Source of the DNA: Felis catus
Taxonomy: Eukaryota
Assembly (NCBI RefSeq): GCF_018350175.1
Contig: NC_058369.1
Coordinates: forward strand, 17,858,001-17,922,000
Length of the DNA: 64,000 nucleotides
Reading direction: 5' to 3'
The position numbers were made by a program, and so were the translations under genes. The notes beneath the pieces were generated by a model. That model made no database searches, was not told where the DNA came from, and saw only the letters and a program-made list of their open reading frames with translations. Every line of letters begins with the position of its first letter. Position 1 is the first letter of the stretch. Below, one piece after another: positions 48,101-61,800 of the stretch.

Positions 48101-49831
48101 GACAAGGGGAGAACTGGCAGGAGGGCAATATGCTATCTGGTGAAAGAGGTGGGATAGGGAAACAGGACCCGGGCCAGGGGTCACCCAAGGGATCTCACCT
48201 TCAGGTGGGGATGGCCATGGGGACTGGGGAGGCAGCAGCACGTGTGTGTGAGGATCCCAGGCATCCTGGCCCCGGAAAAGGTTGCTGTGGTAACGAGGGT
48301 AGCGACGGGTTCCCCGGGTGGGACTGGGGTGCTCCATGCGGTCGATGCTGAGCACTGCCCAGGAGGAAGAGGGGTGAGACCCAACAAGGATCTCCTCCCC
48401 ATGCAGAAGGCCCCACACCCTCCTATCTGCATCTTATACCCAAGTCCCACAATCCCTCACTTCATTGCTACCAGCACAGAGCCCGTCCCTGCAAAGCACT
48501 GAGGGAGGTGGCACAGCCTCCCGCTACTAATGTTGACATCAATAGCCCCCAGCCCCTCAGATTTCCAGGTCCTTGCCCTTTCACAGCCCCCTTCCTGCCT
48601 CTCCCCCATGCCACTCGCCACATACTGATGTTGGGCGTCACCAGCCCCACGGGATTCAGATATGTGAGTTCCATATTCCTTGCAAGCGTGGCTGCATACT
48701 CCTCCAGATGCTGCACCAGCCCTGCGCTGCCTGGGGAGCCTCCAGGGGCCCGCTGCCCCAGCGCTGCCCACAGGTCCCCGGTCTCTGGGGCAAGCAATGC
48801 AGAGCCAGCCCACAGCAGATTCTAGAATCAGGGAGATGAAAGTGGGCTCAGCCAGGTGAGGACATGTGAGCGGAGACAAGGCAGGTCTGAGGGTTATGGC
48901 TGGGTGCTCAGACACGCCCCAGCCGGCAAGGGGGTGGGTTGGGAGAGGACAAGGGAAGAGGGAGAGCCCAGGGCCTTTACTTCCCTAGGGTCAGGAGGGG
49001 CCTGAGCAGGGGTCCAGGAGATGGGGAGCACAGGAAATAGCCCCACCTCATTGAAGTGGGCATCCTGTGTGGCTGTCAGCCCAAAGCCCTGCTGGTGACT
49101 CTCAAAGGCCAGCAGGTGGGCCAGCAGTCGGGCAGTGACTCGGACATCTTGACTAAAGTAGTGGTCGGTGTGGCCAGTCACCTCCCGCAGCCTTTGGGCC
49201 AGCTTCTTGGCCTCCACAGTATCCAGTGCTGTCTTATTCAGCTCTAGGCCATCCAGCTGCCAGGACAAAGATGGGGATGGTCGCTCTGTGGTCCCTTAGG
49301 CCTTTCTCAAAAGCTTCACAGGAAGAAGGGTTTGGCCAGATTAAAGGGCAACCAGGAAAAGCCCAGGAGGTCAAAGGCTGGGGTATGATGTCTGGGCCCC
49401 TGCCCAGGCCTGGGGAAGCTGAGGCCAGGGCCAGGGCTAGCGCAGGTCTTGAGTGCAGGGTCAGGTCTGGGCAGTCTCACCAGCAGGTTGAGTTCTCGAA
49501 AGGCAGGGGAGGTACAGTTGAAGAGGTCAGGCTCCAGCCAACCCTGGTCCTCATCACACAGCCTCACAGCAGCACCTAGGGACAGGTGAACCATGGTCAG
49601 GCCTGGGGCCGGAACACCTTCACTGATCTGATGAGCACAGCACCCTCCCCCAACCCAGGGGGAGCTCTGAAGCAGAGACCAGAATAGTAGGCATCTGTGG
49701 CTGGACAAGCTCCCAGCCCAAGCAGGTCCCAGCTGCCTATCAGTCTCAGGGGGCCTGTGGGCCATTCAGAACCACTGATTACATAAAGCAGAGCAGAAAG
49801 GTGCGCGCGCTCTCTGTCTCTCTCTCTCTCT

Positions 49832-49880
<49 letters not shown>

Positions 49881-52800
49881 GCCAGAGCACATTCACAGAC
49901 ATGTGGCCCAGGGCAAGCAAACACACAGACCAGTGCCCACGTCTGCACATACATGGACGTGTGGATCAGGACAAACACACAGACACACATGCTCTCTCCA
50001 TGTATGCACACACAGACCAAGGTTTCCAGGAGTATTGTGTGACCAAAGTGAGGGTGGGGTGAAAGTTCTCACACTAGCTTCAACTGTCCCAGTGGTGGAC
50101 TCTGCTGCCCTCTTGCCCTTGTCTGTGAGATGGGGATGGGGGTTGAATGAGAATTGACCTGGGTCTTAAGACAGCTCATAGCCACCAGCAAGAGGGACCC
50201 TAACTTGAACACAGAACCCCCCCAAGACAGACACACAGACACGTGCACAGGCACAGAAAGACACACACATGAGCATGCATACAGAGATGATCTCTGTCCA
50301 GCCACTGTGGAGACCTCAAGCAGCAGGGAGGGTTCTGCAAGGACCTCAGGCAGTGGGGAGGGGCCCTCAGGCAGCAGGGAGGAGTCTATAGGGTCCTCAA
50401 ACAGAGAGGAGGGCGTTTTTCGTGACTTTCGACATAGGAAAAGGCCTGAAGGGACCTCAGGAACTGAGGAGGGGGTCTGCAAGGATCTTGGGAAGTGGGG
50501 AGGGGTCTGCAGAGTCCTCAGGCAGTGGGGAGGGGCCTCTGAGGACCTCAAGCATCAGAAAAGGGCCTCCAGCATCCTCAGACAGTGGGAAGGGGCCTCC
50601 AGGGACTTCAAGCAGCTGAGAGTAGCTTTTAGAGACCTCAGGCAGTGGGGATGGGTCCGCAGGGATTTCAGGCAGCGGGAGGGGTCTGCAAAAGCTCTGG
50701 CAGTGGGGTGGGGGGGGCGCAGCACACCTGAGCAAACACGTACCCCTTACCTGCACCCCGCAATCCTGCCCAGAAGCCAAGAGAAACAGATGGAGGCTCA
50801 ATGAGGGGGTGGGGAGGGACCCAGACCCCCTAGGAGGTATTGAGGAGCCCACATAGACCCCTACCCCACTCCCACTTCTTTGCAGGAGCAATGCCACCCA
50901 ACTCAGGAAAAGAAGTGGCTCCAGCAGTCGGAGGACAGACCTACTCCCACCCTCAATGATGCCCCTGCCCCCCAGGTACTCACCCAGGGCCCCTCGAGGA
51001 CAGGGCACTGAGGCCATCATGCCAAACTTGGTCTGGGGCCACCACACGCCAGATCTCAGGGACTTGGGGCAGGCATCATAGAGCACTAAAGAGAGAGGAA
51101 GCACTGAACCAGGCAGCCAGGGACTGGGGAAAATGATAGCCACACCCACTACTCCTTTACCACCCACATCAGACCCGCTACCCAGCACTCCCTCTCTGGC
51201 CTTACAGGAGCTGGCCTGTCAGGTTCTGTAACAAGTCATCAAAGTATCTGGGACAAACGTGGGGGTTGTCTAGGGATCAGTGGTCTCCTTCAGGAAACAC
51301 TTCCTAGAGCTCTACCCAAGGAGTCAAACATGACAGAAAGCTTGGTGGCCGCATGCCAGAGCCAGCCCTCTATATGTGGAGCTGCGTGGAGCCTGCTCAC
51401 CTCGGCAGCCACTGGCTGTCACCTCCGCAAAAGGACTGTCACAGCTGTTGCACTGGCGGCCAAGGGCTCCTGGGCGACAGGGGCACTGCCCGCTGTGGGG
51501 TGCACATGAACGCGAGGTGGAGCCCACAGGGTAGCAGTCACATGGGAGGCATGAGTCGCTGCCCCGTGGTCGGTAGTGGAACTCCTATTCAAGAATGGAT
51601 CAGGGGCCTGAGGTCAGAGATCAGGGCTTAAGGTAGGGGTCTCAGGTCAGGGCTTGAGGAATGAGTGGAATCAAGGGCAAAGGGTCAAGAGAACAGTACT
51701 CACAGGCCAGAAGGAAGATTGGGCTTCAAATGAAATGTAAGGGAGGAATCAGACATCAAGGACTAGAGGTGGCAGTTAGATGACAGGACAGGGGTAAGAG
51801 GCTAGGGCCTAAATCAGGTGGCAGAGATCAGCAAGCTCGATAAGAATCACAAATCATGGCTAGAGAAAAGTTAAAAGGTCAGGGGTCAGGGGCCAGGCAT
51901 ACCTTGCAGTGACACTGCCCATTTGTCTTGTTACAGTTGGGGTCAAAGCCCTTGTGAACGTCACAGTTGCAAGGGCCACAGGTTGGGCTCCCCCACCAGC
52001 CCCGTGGGCACTGCTGGTCCATCCTGGAGGTAGACAGCCAGGTGAGATGTGAGATGCCTCCAAGATATCTCAGTGACAACTCCCTCCCCCCACCCCAGGT
52101 CTTTCCATCATCTCAGTCTCCAGCCCCTCACCTGTGCTCACAGTGGTGCCCGAAATAGCCACCTGCACAATCACAGGTATAGCCATGGGGAGCTCCTGGA
52201 AGGTGGCGGCATGACCCCTGGTTCTGACAGGGATTCAAGAGGCAGGCGTCCACACACCCTGGGCCATAGTAACCTGCAGGTTGGGTCAGCGAGCTCAGGA
52301 CACTGGCCACAGAGCATGGGAGGAAGCAGGTACCTGTCCTTCCAGTGATCCCAGTCTTTACCATGAGCCCCCAGTTCCTACCCAAATCCACCCTGCCCCA
52401 CCCCCAATTCACACCTGGCCAGCAGGTACAAGAAAAGGTCTGCCAGAGGTCTCGGCAGTCAGCGTGGGGTGGGCAGGGTCCAGATGCACAGGCGTTGGTC
52501 ACTATACAACCAGGTTCCACGTTCACTCGGTGGCTAGGAGGAAGCAGGGCTGGGGATCCTGAGGGCGTGGGGCCGAGCCATACCCCCTATGGACACAGCC
52601 AGCAAGGTGTGAGCCCCATGTCAAAGCATCTCAGCCCCTACAGAGCCAGCCACCTGACATGCAGTCTCCCTCAAACCCCCCAAAAAGCCCAGACCCTGAC
52701 CCCAATATCCCCAACTCAGCCCCCCATGGGACCCCTAATCGTGCTGTCCCTGACATAGACCTCTAATGACCCTTAATAATGTAAGCTAGACCCTCACTGC

Positions 52801-55800
52801 CAACAGCACAGAAAGGCCTATCTCTGATGGCTCTGGGTCACATCCCCTCCCCATGCCAACCCCTATGTGAACGCAGCTTTTCAAGTCCCAAGGTGCTCCT
52901 GACCACTGACCACGCACCCTAATGGCCCAAATCATGTTCCCGTGCTGACCCCCACCTGGATACAGCCAACCAGACCCTGAGGAACCTCCTCTTCACTGCT
53001 GGGGGGCAGGCCTCCCACATGGAGTCGCTTTACCTTCAGGCCCTGCAGTTCACTCCCCACTGCCATGGTGTCCTGGGGGAGGGGTACAGTCAGCACTGGG
53101 GGTGTGGGGGCACCTGATGGATCCCTGCCCTACCCTAGAGTCAGTCTTGGCCTTGTCCTAGCCCTGCATGACCATCCTCTGTCCCTCTGGACCAGGAGAA
53201 TGGTCTGGGCATGTGCTGCCCCTGAGTGCGGAGGACCTGCTGGAGTGTGGGGGATGGATAATAGCAAGGTTTCAGTAAAGAGCTGGGCTCAGACAGGCCT
53301 CTCTTTCCTGGACCCAGAATAGACCCTGAAATTTCAGAGCTTTGAGACAGGGAGATCAGGGCAGAGGCCAGAAGGGGTTCCCAAGAGTTAGGGAATGTAC
53401 TGGCTGCAGAGGTACCCCAAGACCAGGCCAGAAATCTGGATAGCCTCTTTAACCTGAGCAGGCCTGGCTGGCAGGGTGGGCTCAAAGCAAGGGCATGAGG
53501 AAGGGACTGCAGGGAGAGTGATGTACAGTGGAGACAGTTGAGGGGATCTGGACTAGAGAGGGGTCAAATGAGGTGGGTCTGGTTGGGAGACTAACGGACT
53601 ACCCAAGAATCAGAGATCAGACCTGGAAGAGGCTATAGTCCAGTGAGACCATGAGGACATGGTGGCCCCGCCGGCCACCTGGCTCCTCCTGCAATTCCAA
53701 CCGCAGATCGTGCCACCGGCCATCACTGACAGTCACCTGGTCCAGAAGGAGGTGGGCAGCACGGCCCGAGCCCCTGGTCACTGTCACCGACAGCAACCCC
53801 CGATCCAGCTGCAGATAGAGAAGCACAGCCCTGGGGTCAGGGCCCCAAGTTGGGCTGGGGCTTGGAGAGTCAAGAGGTGAGATCAGGGGGTTCAGACATC
53901 AGAACTGCAGGGCTAAGGCTATATCTGGCACACAGGGCATTGTGCCATAGGGACACCATGTCCCTGAGAGTGAAGTTAGGGGACTCAGAGGTCAAGATCA
54001 GGGATTATGGATTGGTGCAGCTAGCACAAAAAAGATATGCTGGGGCCCTGCACCTGCAGAGGATATTATGGTGGGGAAGAGGATCAAGGGCCAGGGTCCA
54101 GAGCAGGGTCAAGTATGGTCAGTACACCTGGCAGGACTAGGTTGTAACAGACCAGGAATGTTGCTGGTGGCATCAGAGCTTGAGAGTTGAGGGTCTAGGG
54201 AGGGGCCAGGAGGACAGACACACCTGACAGAGGAGTGTGCTGTGTGGCCCAGCCTGCACTTGCATCAGGACCCCCTGAGTCGCCCGTGTCCGAAATGCCA
54301 GCCCCAGGTACCACGGCACAGACACAGTCATGTCATTTCCAAAGTCCCAGCTCAGCGTCCCATTGCCACGGAAATGATGGGGATGGGCCATGGCTGGGGG
54401 GATAAAAGGAAGAAGATCACAGGTCCCACCTGAGGAAAAGACCTTACCCTGCAGGCCCCTCTTGCCCCATGATGCCCACTCACTGAGCCTACAGTCTTTG
54501 CCACCGAAGCCCACAGGGCAGTCGCAGCTGAAGCCACCCCAGCGTTCTGAGCAGAAGCCGCTGTTCTTACAGGGACCCGAGTCGCAAAAGTGCAGCTTGG
54601 CCTGGCAGCCTGGGAGAGGAAGACACATGGCAGATGTGAGAACGTGGGGGGTAGGGGGCACAAGTATTAGACAGGACACAGGGGTCCAGAGGGGCCAAAG
54701 TGGCCATGATTTTAGCCCCAGATTCTCTCAAGATGGAGTTGGAAGGAGACAGGCCCTAAGGGTTAAGCTATGGCACAATGCTTGCCAGCAAAGGAAACAA
54801 GGATGAGGTCAGATTTGGAATCACTCCACATAGCCCTCTTCCCCCTCCCTAATGTGGGGACATGGCCTACCTGCCATGGTGCCATTGTTTGCAACGAAGG
54901 CTGCCATGTCCATTCGGCGGCCATCAATGTACAGATCCCGCATGCATCCAATGAACTCCTTGTGCGACACGGGGAAGTTCTCGGGGAGGTTGGGGACACC
55001 CCCCAGGAGCAGAGGGCCCGTCAGGTCCAGGGACCTGAGGATCAGGGGTCCTCATCATTGTTGGGACAGAGGCCAAGGTAGGGTTGCTCCTGAGGGCCAC
55101 AGAAGTGGGGGTGGGGTGGGAGTAGGACTCAGAGGGTAAACGTGATTTAGGGGGGAAGGTAAGGCCAGGGAAGAAGCTGGGGCCTAACTTTAGTTGTGGG
55201 GGTGCAAAGGAGAGCTCATGATGGGCAGATGGTTTAGGGAAAGGTGAAGGGGAGGGGCTGAAGGCTAGGATGAAACAGTGAGGCATTTGGGTGGTTGGCG
55301 AAGAATCTAAGGGAATGTGGGGCATTAGGAAGGGGGCAGTGGATACTGGAGAACTGGGTGCTTGGGGACCATGTGTGGGAGCAGGGAGGCAGGGTAGAAT
55401 AAAGAGATGGGGCTACAGTGAGGTAGGGGAGAGGATTTGTGTCATAGTGGAGAGAGGATTTGTGATTTGGGGAAGGATGGGGTGGCAGGTTGGAGATAGG
55501 CATGGGGTCAGGGTTGGAGTGGACTTTGGCAGGCAGAAGGCATGGGAATCAGGGGCTGGGGTCTCACTTCTTGGAGCTTGTTTGCATGCCAGCAGCTGCA
55601 CATGAGTAGTTGCCAATCTCAGCACCAAACTGCAGAGCCACAGCCACGTCGCAGTCATCCACGCTCAGCACAGCCACTTTATCCTTGGAGGGGCCCTGAG
55701 CACCCCCCAGGGCATCTGTCCGGGGCTAGAAACCCAGGCACACCACTCAACAGGACCTCCAGGATTGACCCCTAAGGGGCAGAACCTGGCATCCCAGCTC

Positions 55801-58800
55801 CCCTCATACTGCCATGCCAAGGGTGGTGCCCACCTTGTTGTAGTATCTCAGATGCACTGTGTGCCACTGCCCGTCACTCAGGCCCCCTGGAACTGTAGGG
55901 CTGACCACTGTATTGGACTCACCTGTGCAGGGGATACATGTGGAAGGTTGTCTGGAGCTGCCTAGTTACCTTTCCCTCCCCATCCCTACTCAGGTACAGT
56001 TACTCCCAGGATGGCCAGGGATACATCAGATCAGTCCCATCCACTGGTGACCATACTGGCTGGACCAGAGTACCTTGGAAGATAGGAGAAGCACACACCA
56101 CTTGGAGAGATGGACTTTCTCCCAGGGAATGGCTAAGGGGGTAAGATCCTCACTCATGTCTGTTTGACACGGAGGTACATGTTTAGGTGTGCAGTGAGGC
56201 AAACCTGAGGGGACTTGAGGCTTATACCCCCCAGCCATCTCACCTACTCATGTACCCACTCCCCCACATATACATCCACGGGAGCACCCACCCGTGGAAT
56301 ATGTAAGCCGCACTTGCCCGGCCACAAGCTCCAGGGCCAGGAAGTCGTGCTTCTCGTTCAGGCGCCCGTTGTAGAAGAGTAGTCCACTGGGCTGCACTGT
56401 TGCGAACCTGGGTGGGGTGGACAGGGCAAGTCACGAGCGGGACACCTCCTCACACCCACCATCCCTGCGACAAGAAGTTTCACGGGGCGCCAGCCAGGCT
56501 AGGGTGAAGCAGGAAAGGAGGAGAGCGGGTGCGGTGACGTCAGGGACAATGCAGTGACGTCAGGGACAATGCAGTGATGTCAGGGACAGTGATGCTCCGA
56601 GACACCCAGGCAGGACACCCGGGGAGGGCGATGTCCTGTGGGACGTCAGGATGGGGCAGCCGGGAATCTGACTCAGGGTCACAGAGGGAGTGGGGACGGC
56701 GTGGAGGCGCGCAGAGATACCGGGCGGGCACCTACGAGAGGGACAGCGTGAGGTGGAAGCGCTGCCGCAGACCGCGGAACATGACGAACGAACTGGGAGG
56801 GAAGGAGCGCGCCGCCACCTCGCAGCGCGGGCCCTCGAAGGCGCCGCCCGCCGGGCACTGGCAGCGGAAGCCGCCGTCGGGCCCGTCGGCACACGTGCCT
56901 CCGTTGCGGCAGACGCCGGGGACGCAGCGTCCGGCCTCCGTGTCCAGCTCGCAGTCTTCTCCTAGGAGTCAAACCAAGGTTGGAGGAGGTCACCCGCGGC
57001 TCCAGGGGGCCCCGCCCCTCCAAAGCCTCCCAGCCCACAGAAAGGGCGAGCTCCCTGGGGGCGGACACGCCTCCTAGCGGCCTGGCCCCGCCCCACGTTC
57101 CCAGCAGCTCCGGTCACGCCCCCACGCCCCAGGCCACGCCCCCACCGTAGTCTCAGCCCGCCTAAGGCCTCCATTTCTTCAGGGCTTTAGGTTCTCCCAG
57201 GGCCGGGTTCCACGGCTTCGCGCTCCGCGGCGCCGCACCCGACCCCGGGAGACTCAAGACAGATTCCCCATCCTCGCCTCACGCTCTGCCCGTGGCGCCT
57301 CCAGGCCCGCGGCCCGCCCACCTGTGAAGCGCGGGCGGCACACGCAGGTATAGCCACCCTCCCGCCGCGCGCAGGCGCCGCCGTTCCGGCACGGGTTGGA
57401 GTAGCAGAGGTCGAGCTCCGTCTCGCAGAAGTCTCCCGTGAAGCCGGGCGGGCAGCGGCAGCGCAGGCCTGCGATGGGCTGGATGGGTCTGAAGAGCGTG
57501 GAGGCCGAGGCCAGGAAGGGAGCAGACGAGTCGAAGCGCAGCACGGACACGCACTTCATGTAGTTCTCACAGGGCTCGCGTAGGCACACGTTGTCGTCGA
57601 AGGGCAACACGTCTAGGAGCGAGCGCGCGGCAAGGGCAGAGCGGCGCACGTACAACTGCTCTTGCAGTTCCTCGGAGCTGAACCAGGGACCCGCAGCGCC
57701 TGCCCCGGCCCCGCGCGGCGCCAGCGCCGAGAAGCTCACATTGAGCACGGTGCCCCCCACGTCCGTGTCATTCTGGATGTTGAAGATGAAGACGTCCTCG
57801 GCGGGTGTGGCAAGCACCGCGGCCACGCCTTCCAGAAAGTGGCCCAGAAGCGGTGACAGGAAACGCTCCTGCCACATGTTCTCAAGGCGCACGGTCAAGC
57901 TGTTGGCCAGCAACTCCTCCGTGATGATGACCACGCGTAGCACACACTGCGCCGTCACGCTATGCAGCCCGTCTGCGGGTGGGGGTAGAGGCAGTGGTCA
58001 GTCTGGGGTCAGCGGCTGCCCTTCCCCGGGACTCAGAGAGCTGGGGCCAGTGAATGCCTAGACTCCCAGCACCTGTGAGTCAGAGGCTGACCCTGCCAGA
58101 CACAAGGGGGTCTGGGGCTTGTGACCACCAACTCCCTCAGCATCAGGGTACCAAGTTGCTGCTTCCTCTCCCCTCCCTCCAACACCAGGAGAAACCTGAG
58201 TCAGCCCTTGGGTCAGTAAGCCATTCCTCTAACAGCACACAAGAGAGTCCCTAAATAGTAACTCACCTTCCCCCAGGTTATCATGGCCAGCAGCCACCCT
58301 CACTCAGAACATAAAAAGGAGCCAGGGCCACTGACCACCCACCCCTACCCCCCAGCATGGCATAACCAGCACAACATCCCCTCAAAGAAACAAACAGACT
58401 TCTAGATTAATGCTTACCCATCCCCTATCTCTGGTCAGCAAACTGCTTTTCCGTGGCACTAGAAGGGCCCCTGGCCCTGTGACCACTCAACCCCATCCCC
58501 CAGAATCCTGGCTCAGCAAACTCTCTCTCTCCAGGAAGGTCTTGAACCCTGACCACCACCCACCTGCCCCCTCAGAATTCTTGGATCAGAAAGCTGCCCG
58601 TCATCCCAGACCTGGGTCCTGTGATCTCAGTGGTCACCTCTCAAAATGAGAATGAGGTGCTTATATACCTTGTCCCCAGACCCTAGTACACACTGGATGG
58701 ACAATAAGGATTGGTTGTTGAGTGAACTTAGGGATAAATGAAGTCTGTGCCTTCTTTGGCAGTGTGAGGAGTCCGTGCTCCAGAATTGGGAAGTGAACAG

Positions 58801-61800
58801 CAGTTGAAGCCTCTCTCCCAACCTCTGCCGCAGTAGGCACGATTGCAAGAGCCTCTCCCACCTGCACCCTCCTATGAGGGAGTGTTTGTGAAAATCTGGG
58901 GCTGTAGAGGTAGAAAAGAGGCACGTGGGCCTCTGGACATTTTCCCAAAGGGCAGGTCCTCAGTCAGTCCCTCGGATAGCCGTCAGGCCGGTATGGGCCC
59001 ACTCTCTGTCTGAAGCTGCCAGAGTAAGCCGCTGTTCATGACCATTAAACTATTGGCCCACCTTCCCTGTACATATGGGGTAAAGGTCAAGCTGGACCCA
59101 AAGTAATGCTGCATCTGAACAGGTGTGAGCTGACTGGCCCATGCTGGCTTTTCCCTGTGGCCTCCAGAGCATTAAGCCAGGACCTGCAGGCTTTTGGGGA
59201 TGGGGGCACTATCCCTAGTGTAGTAGACAGTTCATACGGTCTATATGGGATTTGCTAAATGCCCTAGAATCTTTGAGGTTCTGTGCAGACTGTCCAAGAC
59301 CCTAAGCAGGCTATGAACCTAACCTGTAAAGCCTATGGCAGATCCTGTGGGGGTGCAGGAACCCAGCATTTAAGGGATTCTTGGAAGGCTTGGAAATCCT
59401 TCTTTGGTTTCAGGTGCCCTGGGAGCCCCTGACGCCCTGAAGGTTGGGGTCACTGGGTCACTTGCTTGCCCCCCACCCCTCACCTGTGACAGTCACCAAC
59501 ATGGAGGCCACCAGTGGGCGGTTGTTGTCTAGCTTGCGGCTGAGTCGAAGCTCCCCACTGGTCTGGTTGACCACCAGCAGCTGCAACTCATTGCCCCGCT
59601 CAAAAGAGTAGAAGAGGTGGTCAGAGACATCAGGGTCATAAGCTGGGATGCGCCCAATAACGCCTGAGGGAAAGGTGTCTGAGCGGTTGGATACATAGTT
59701 GTTGAAGAGGATCTGGAAGTTGTTGAGCACAGGGCTGTTGTCATTCTGGTCAACCAGGCGGACATGCACAGTGGCTCGACTGACCAGAGGGGCAGACGTG
59801 GCCTGCACCACAATCACATATTCCTGGCGAGCCTCATAGTCCAGGTCAATGAGTGCCGTCAACTCTCCAGAGAAGATGTCCATTTGGAACAGCTCAGGGA
59901 TGTTCCCCTCCACAATCTGGTACATTATATGTGCATTGGGGCCTTCATCAGGGTCTACCGCAGTGATCTGAGCCACCACTGAGCCCACAATGCTGTTCTC
60001 CTTCACTCGCACCTCAAACTCCTCAGCTGGGAAGACAGGGGCATTGTCATTTACATCCTGCACCGTCACCTGGATGCTGACCGGAGTCCTCAGTGGGGGT
60101 ACACCTCGGTCCACTGCATAGGCAGTAAGTTCATACACTGGTACTGCCTCCCGATCCAGCCGCCTCACTGTGCGGACAATGCCAGAGGTTGGCTCAATGG
60201 TAAAATCTCCATCACCATCTTCCCCATTCTGGAAAGTGTACTGGACCCTGCCATTGGCATGAGCATCTCGGTCAGTGGCTGAGATCTGCAGGACACTGGT
60301 GAAAGGTGGGGCATCCTCAGATACCAATCCCGTGTAGTGGGAAGCCACAAACTGTGGAGCATTATCATTGACATCATTGACCATCACCTCCACATAAGTG
60401 GTGTCTGCCTTCTGTGGGATGCCATTGTCCCGAGCTGTAATAGCCAGTGTGTAGGTCACCTGGTCCTCATAGTCCAGTGGAGCCTGTAGTGTAATGGCCC
60501 CTGAATCTGCATCAATGCGGAACTGGGGCAGGTTGTCCTCCAGGAGATAGGTGATGCGAGCATTCTCACCCACATCATCATCAGAGGCACTGATAACCAC
60601 CACAGTGCTACCCACTGGCCGATCCTCATTCACACTCACTGAGTAGTGGGCACTTTGAAATACAGGCCGGTGAGTGTTGGCATCTGTGATATTGATGTGC
60701 ACATAGCAGTGATCGTGAAGCGCACGGTCAGAAGCAGTTAGCACCAGCTTGAAGTAGCGTTCCTGCTTGTAGTCCAATGGCAGAGCCAGTGTCACCAGAC
60801 CTACACCCCCCTGGGTGCTGATAGCAAACCGATTCCGGGTGTTGCCACCTGTGATCTGGTAGCTGATGGCACTGTTGGCATCACGATCTACAGCGGTCAC
60901 ACTGACCACAGTAGTGCCCACAGCTGCATCTTCATTCAGCCGTAGGTGGTACTCCTTCATCGTAAACTCAGGCCGATTGTCATTAACATCTAGCACAGTC
61001 ACCGTGACACTGGCTGAGGCTGAGAGTGGAGGTGTGCCATGGTCTCGCGCCTCCACACCAAAGAAATAATGCTCCACAGACTCACGATCCAGGGGACCAC
61101 TCACAGAGACCCAGCCAGTGGCACTGTTTATCACAAAGGGCATATCAGGTGCCACACCAGTTAGGGAGTACTCTAATCTGGCATTCTCCCCATGGTCCGC
61201 ATCCACTGCCTGAATGTGGATGACCGAATGGCCCAGGGGTGCGTTTTCCAGTACAGAGACTTGGAAAGGTGTGCTGACAAAGATAGGAGTATGGTCATTG
61301 ATGTCCACTACCTGGATGCTGGCCAGGCCTGTGTTGTTGGACAGTGGTGGCCGGCCTGCATCCTGCGCCCGGATGCGCAAGGCATACTCTCGCTCTGCCT
61401 CAAAGTCCAGAGGTGCCACCACCTGGATCTCGCCCGTGAGGCTGTCGATCGCAAAATGACCACGACTGTTGCCGCTGATGATGTTGTAGTGCACCAGTCC
61501 ATTGGCATCCTTGTCCCGGTCGGTGGCTGTGACGCGTAGTACCACCGTGTGGGGGCGCACGTCCTCGCGCACTTGCGCCACGTAGCGCTTCTCGCTGAAT
61601 TGGGGCGCGTTGTCGTTCTCGTCCAGCACAGTTATGTGCACACGCACAGTGGCAGAGCGCGGCCCAGGTTCCTGGCCCTGGTCGCTGGCCTCCACCACCA
61701 GCTCGTAGCTTTCCATGTGTTCGCGGTCTACGCGACCGCTGGTGCTTATGAGGCCAGACCGCGGATCAATCTCGAAGGCGGCGGCAGCAGCGGCGCGCGC

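Noticed and set aside
50069..51188. ORFs of 160, 216 and 243 aa overlapping CELSR3 intron 16
   Set aside because: Explained by the 30-bp minisatellite and exon-16 read-through; low-complexity translations.
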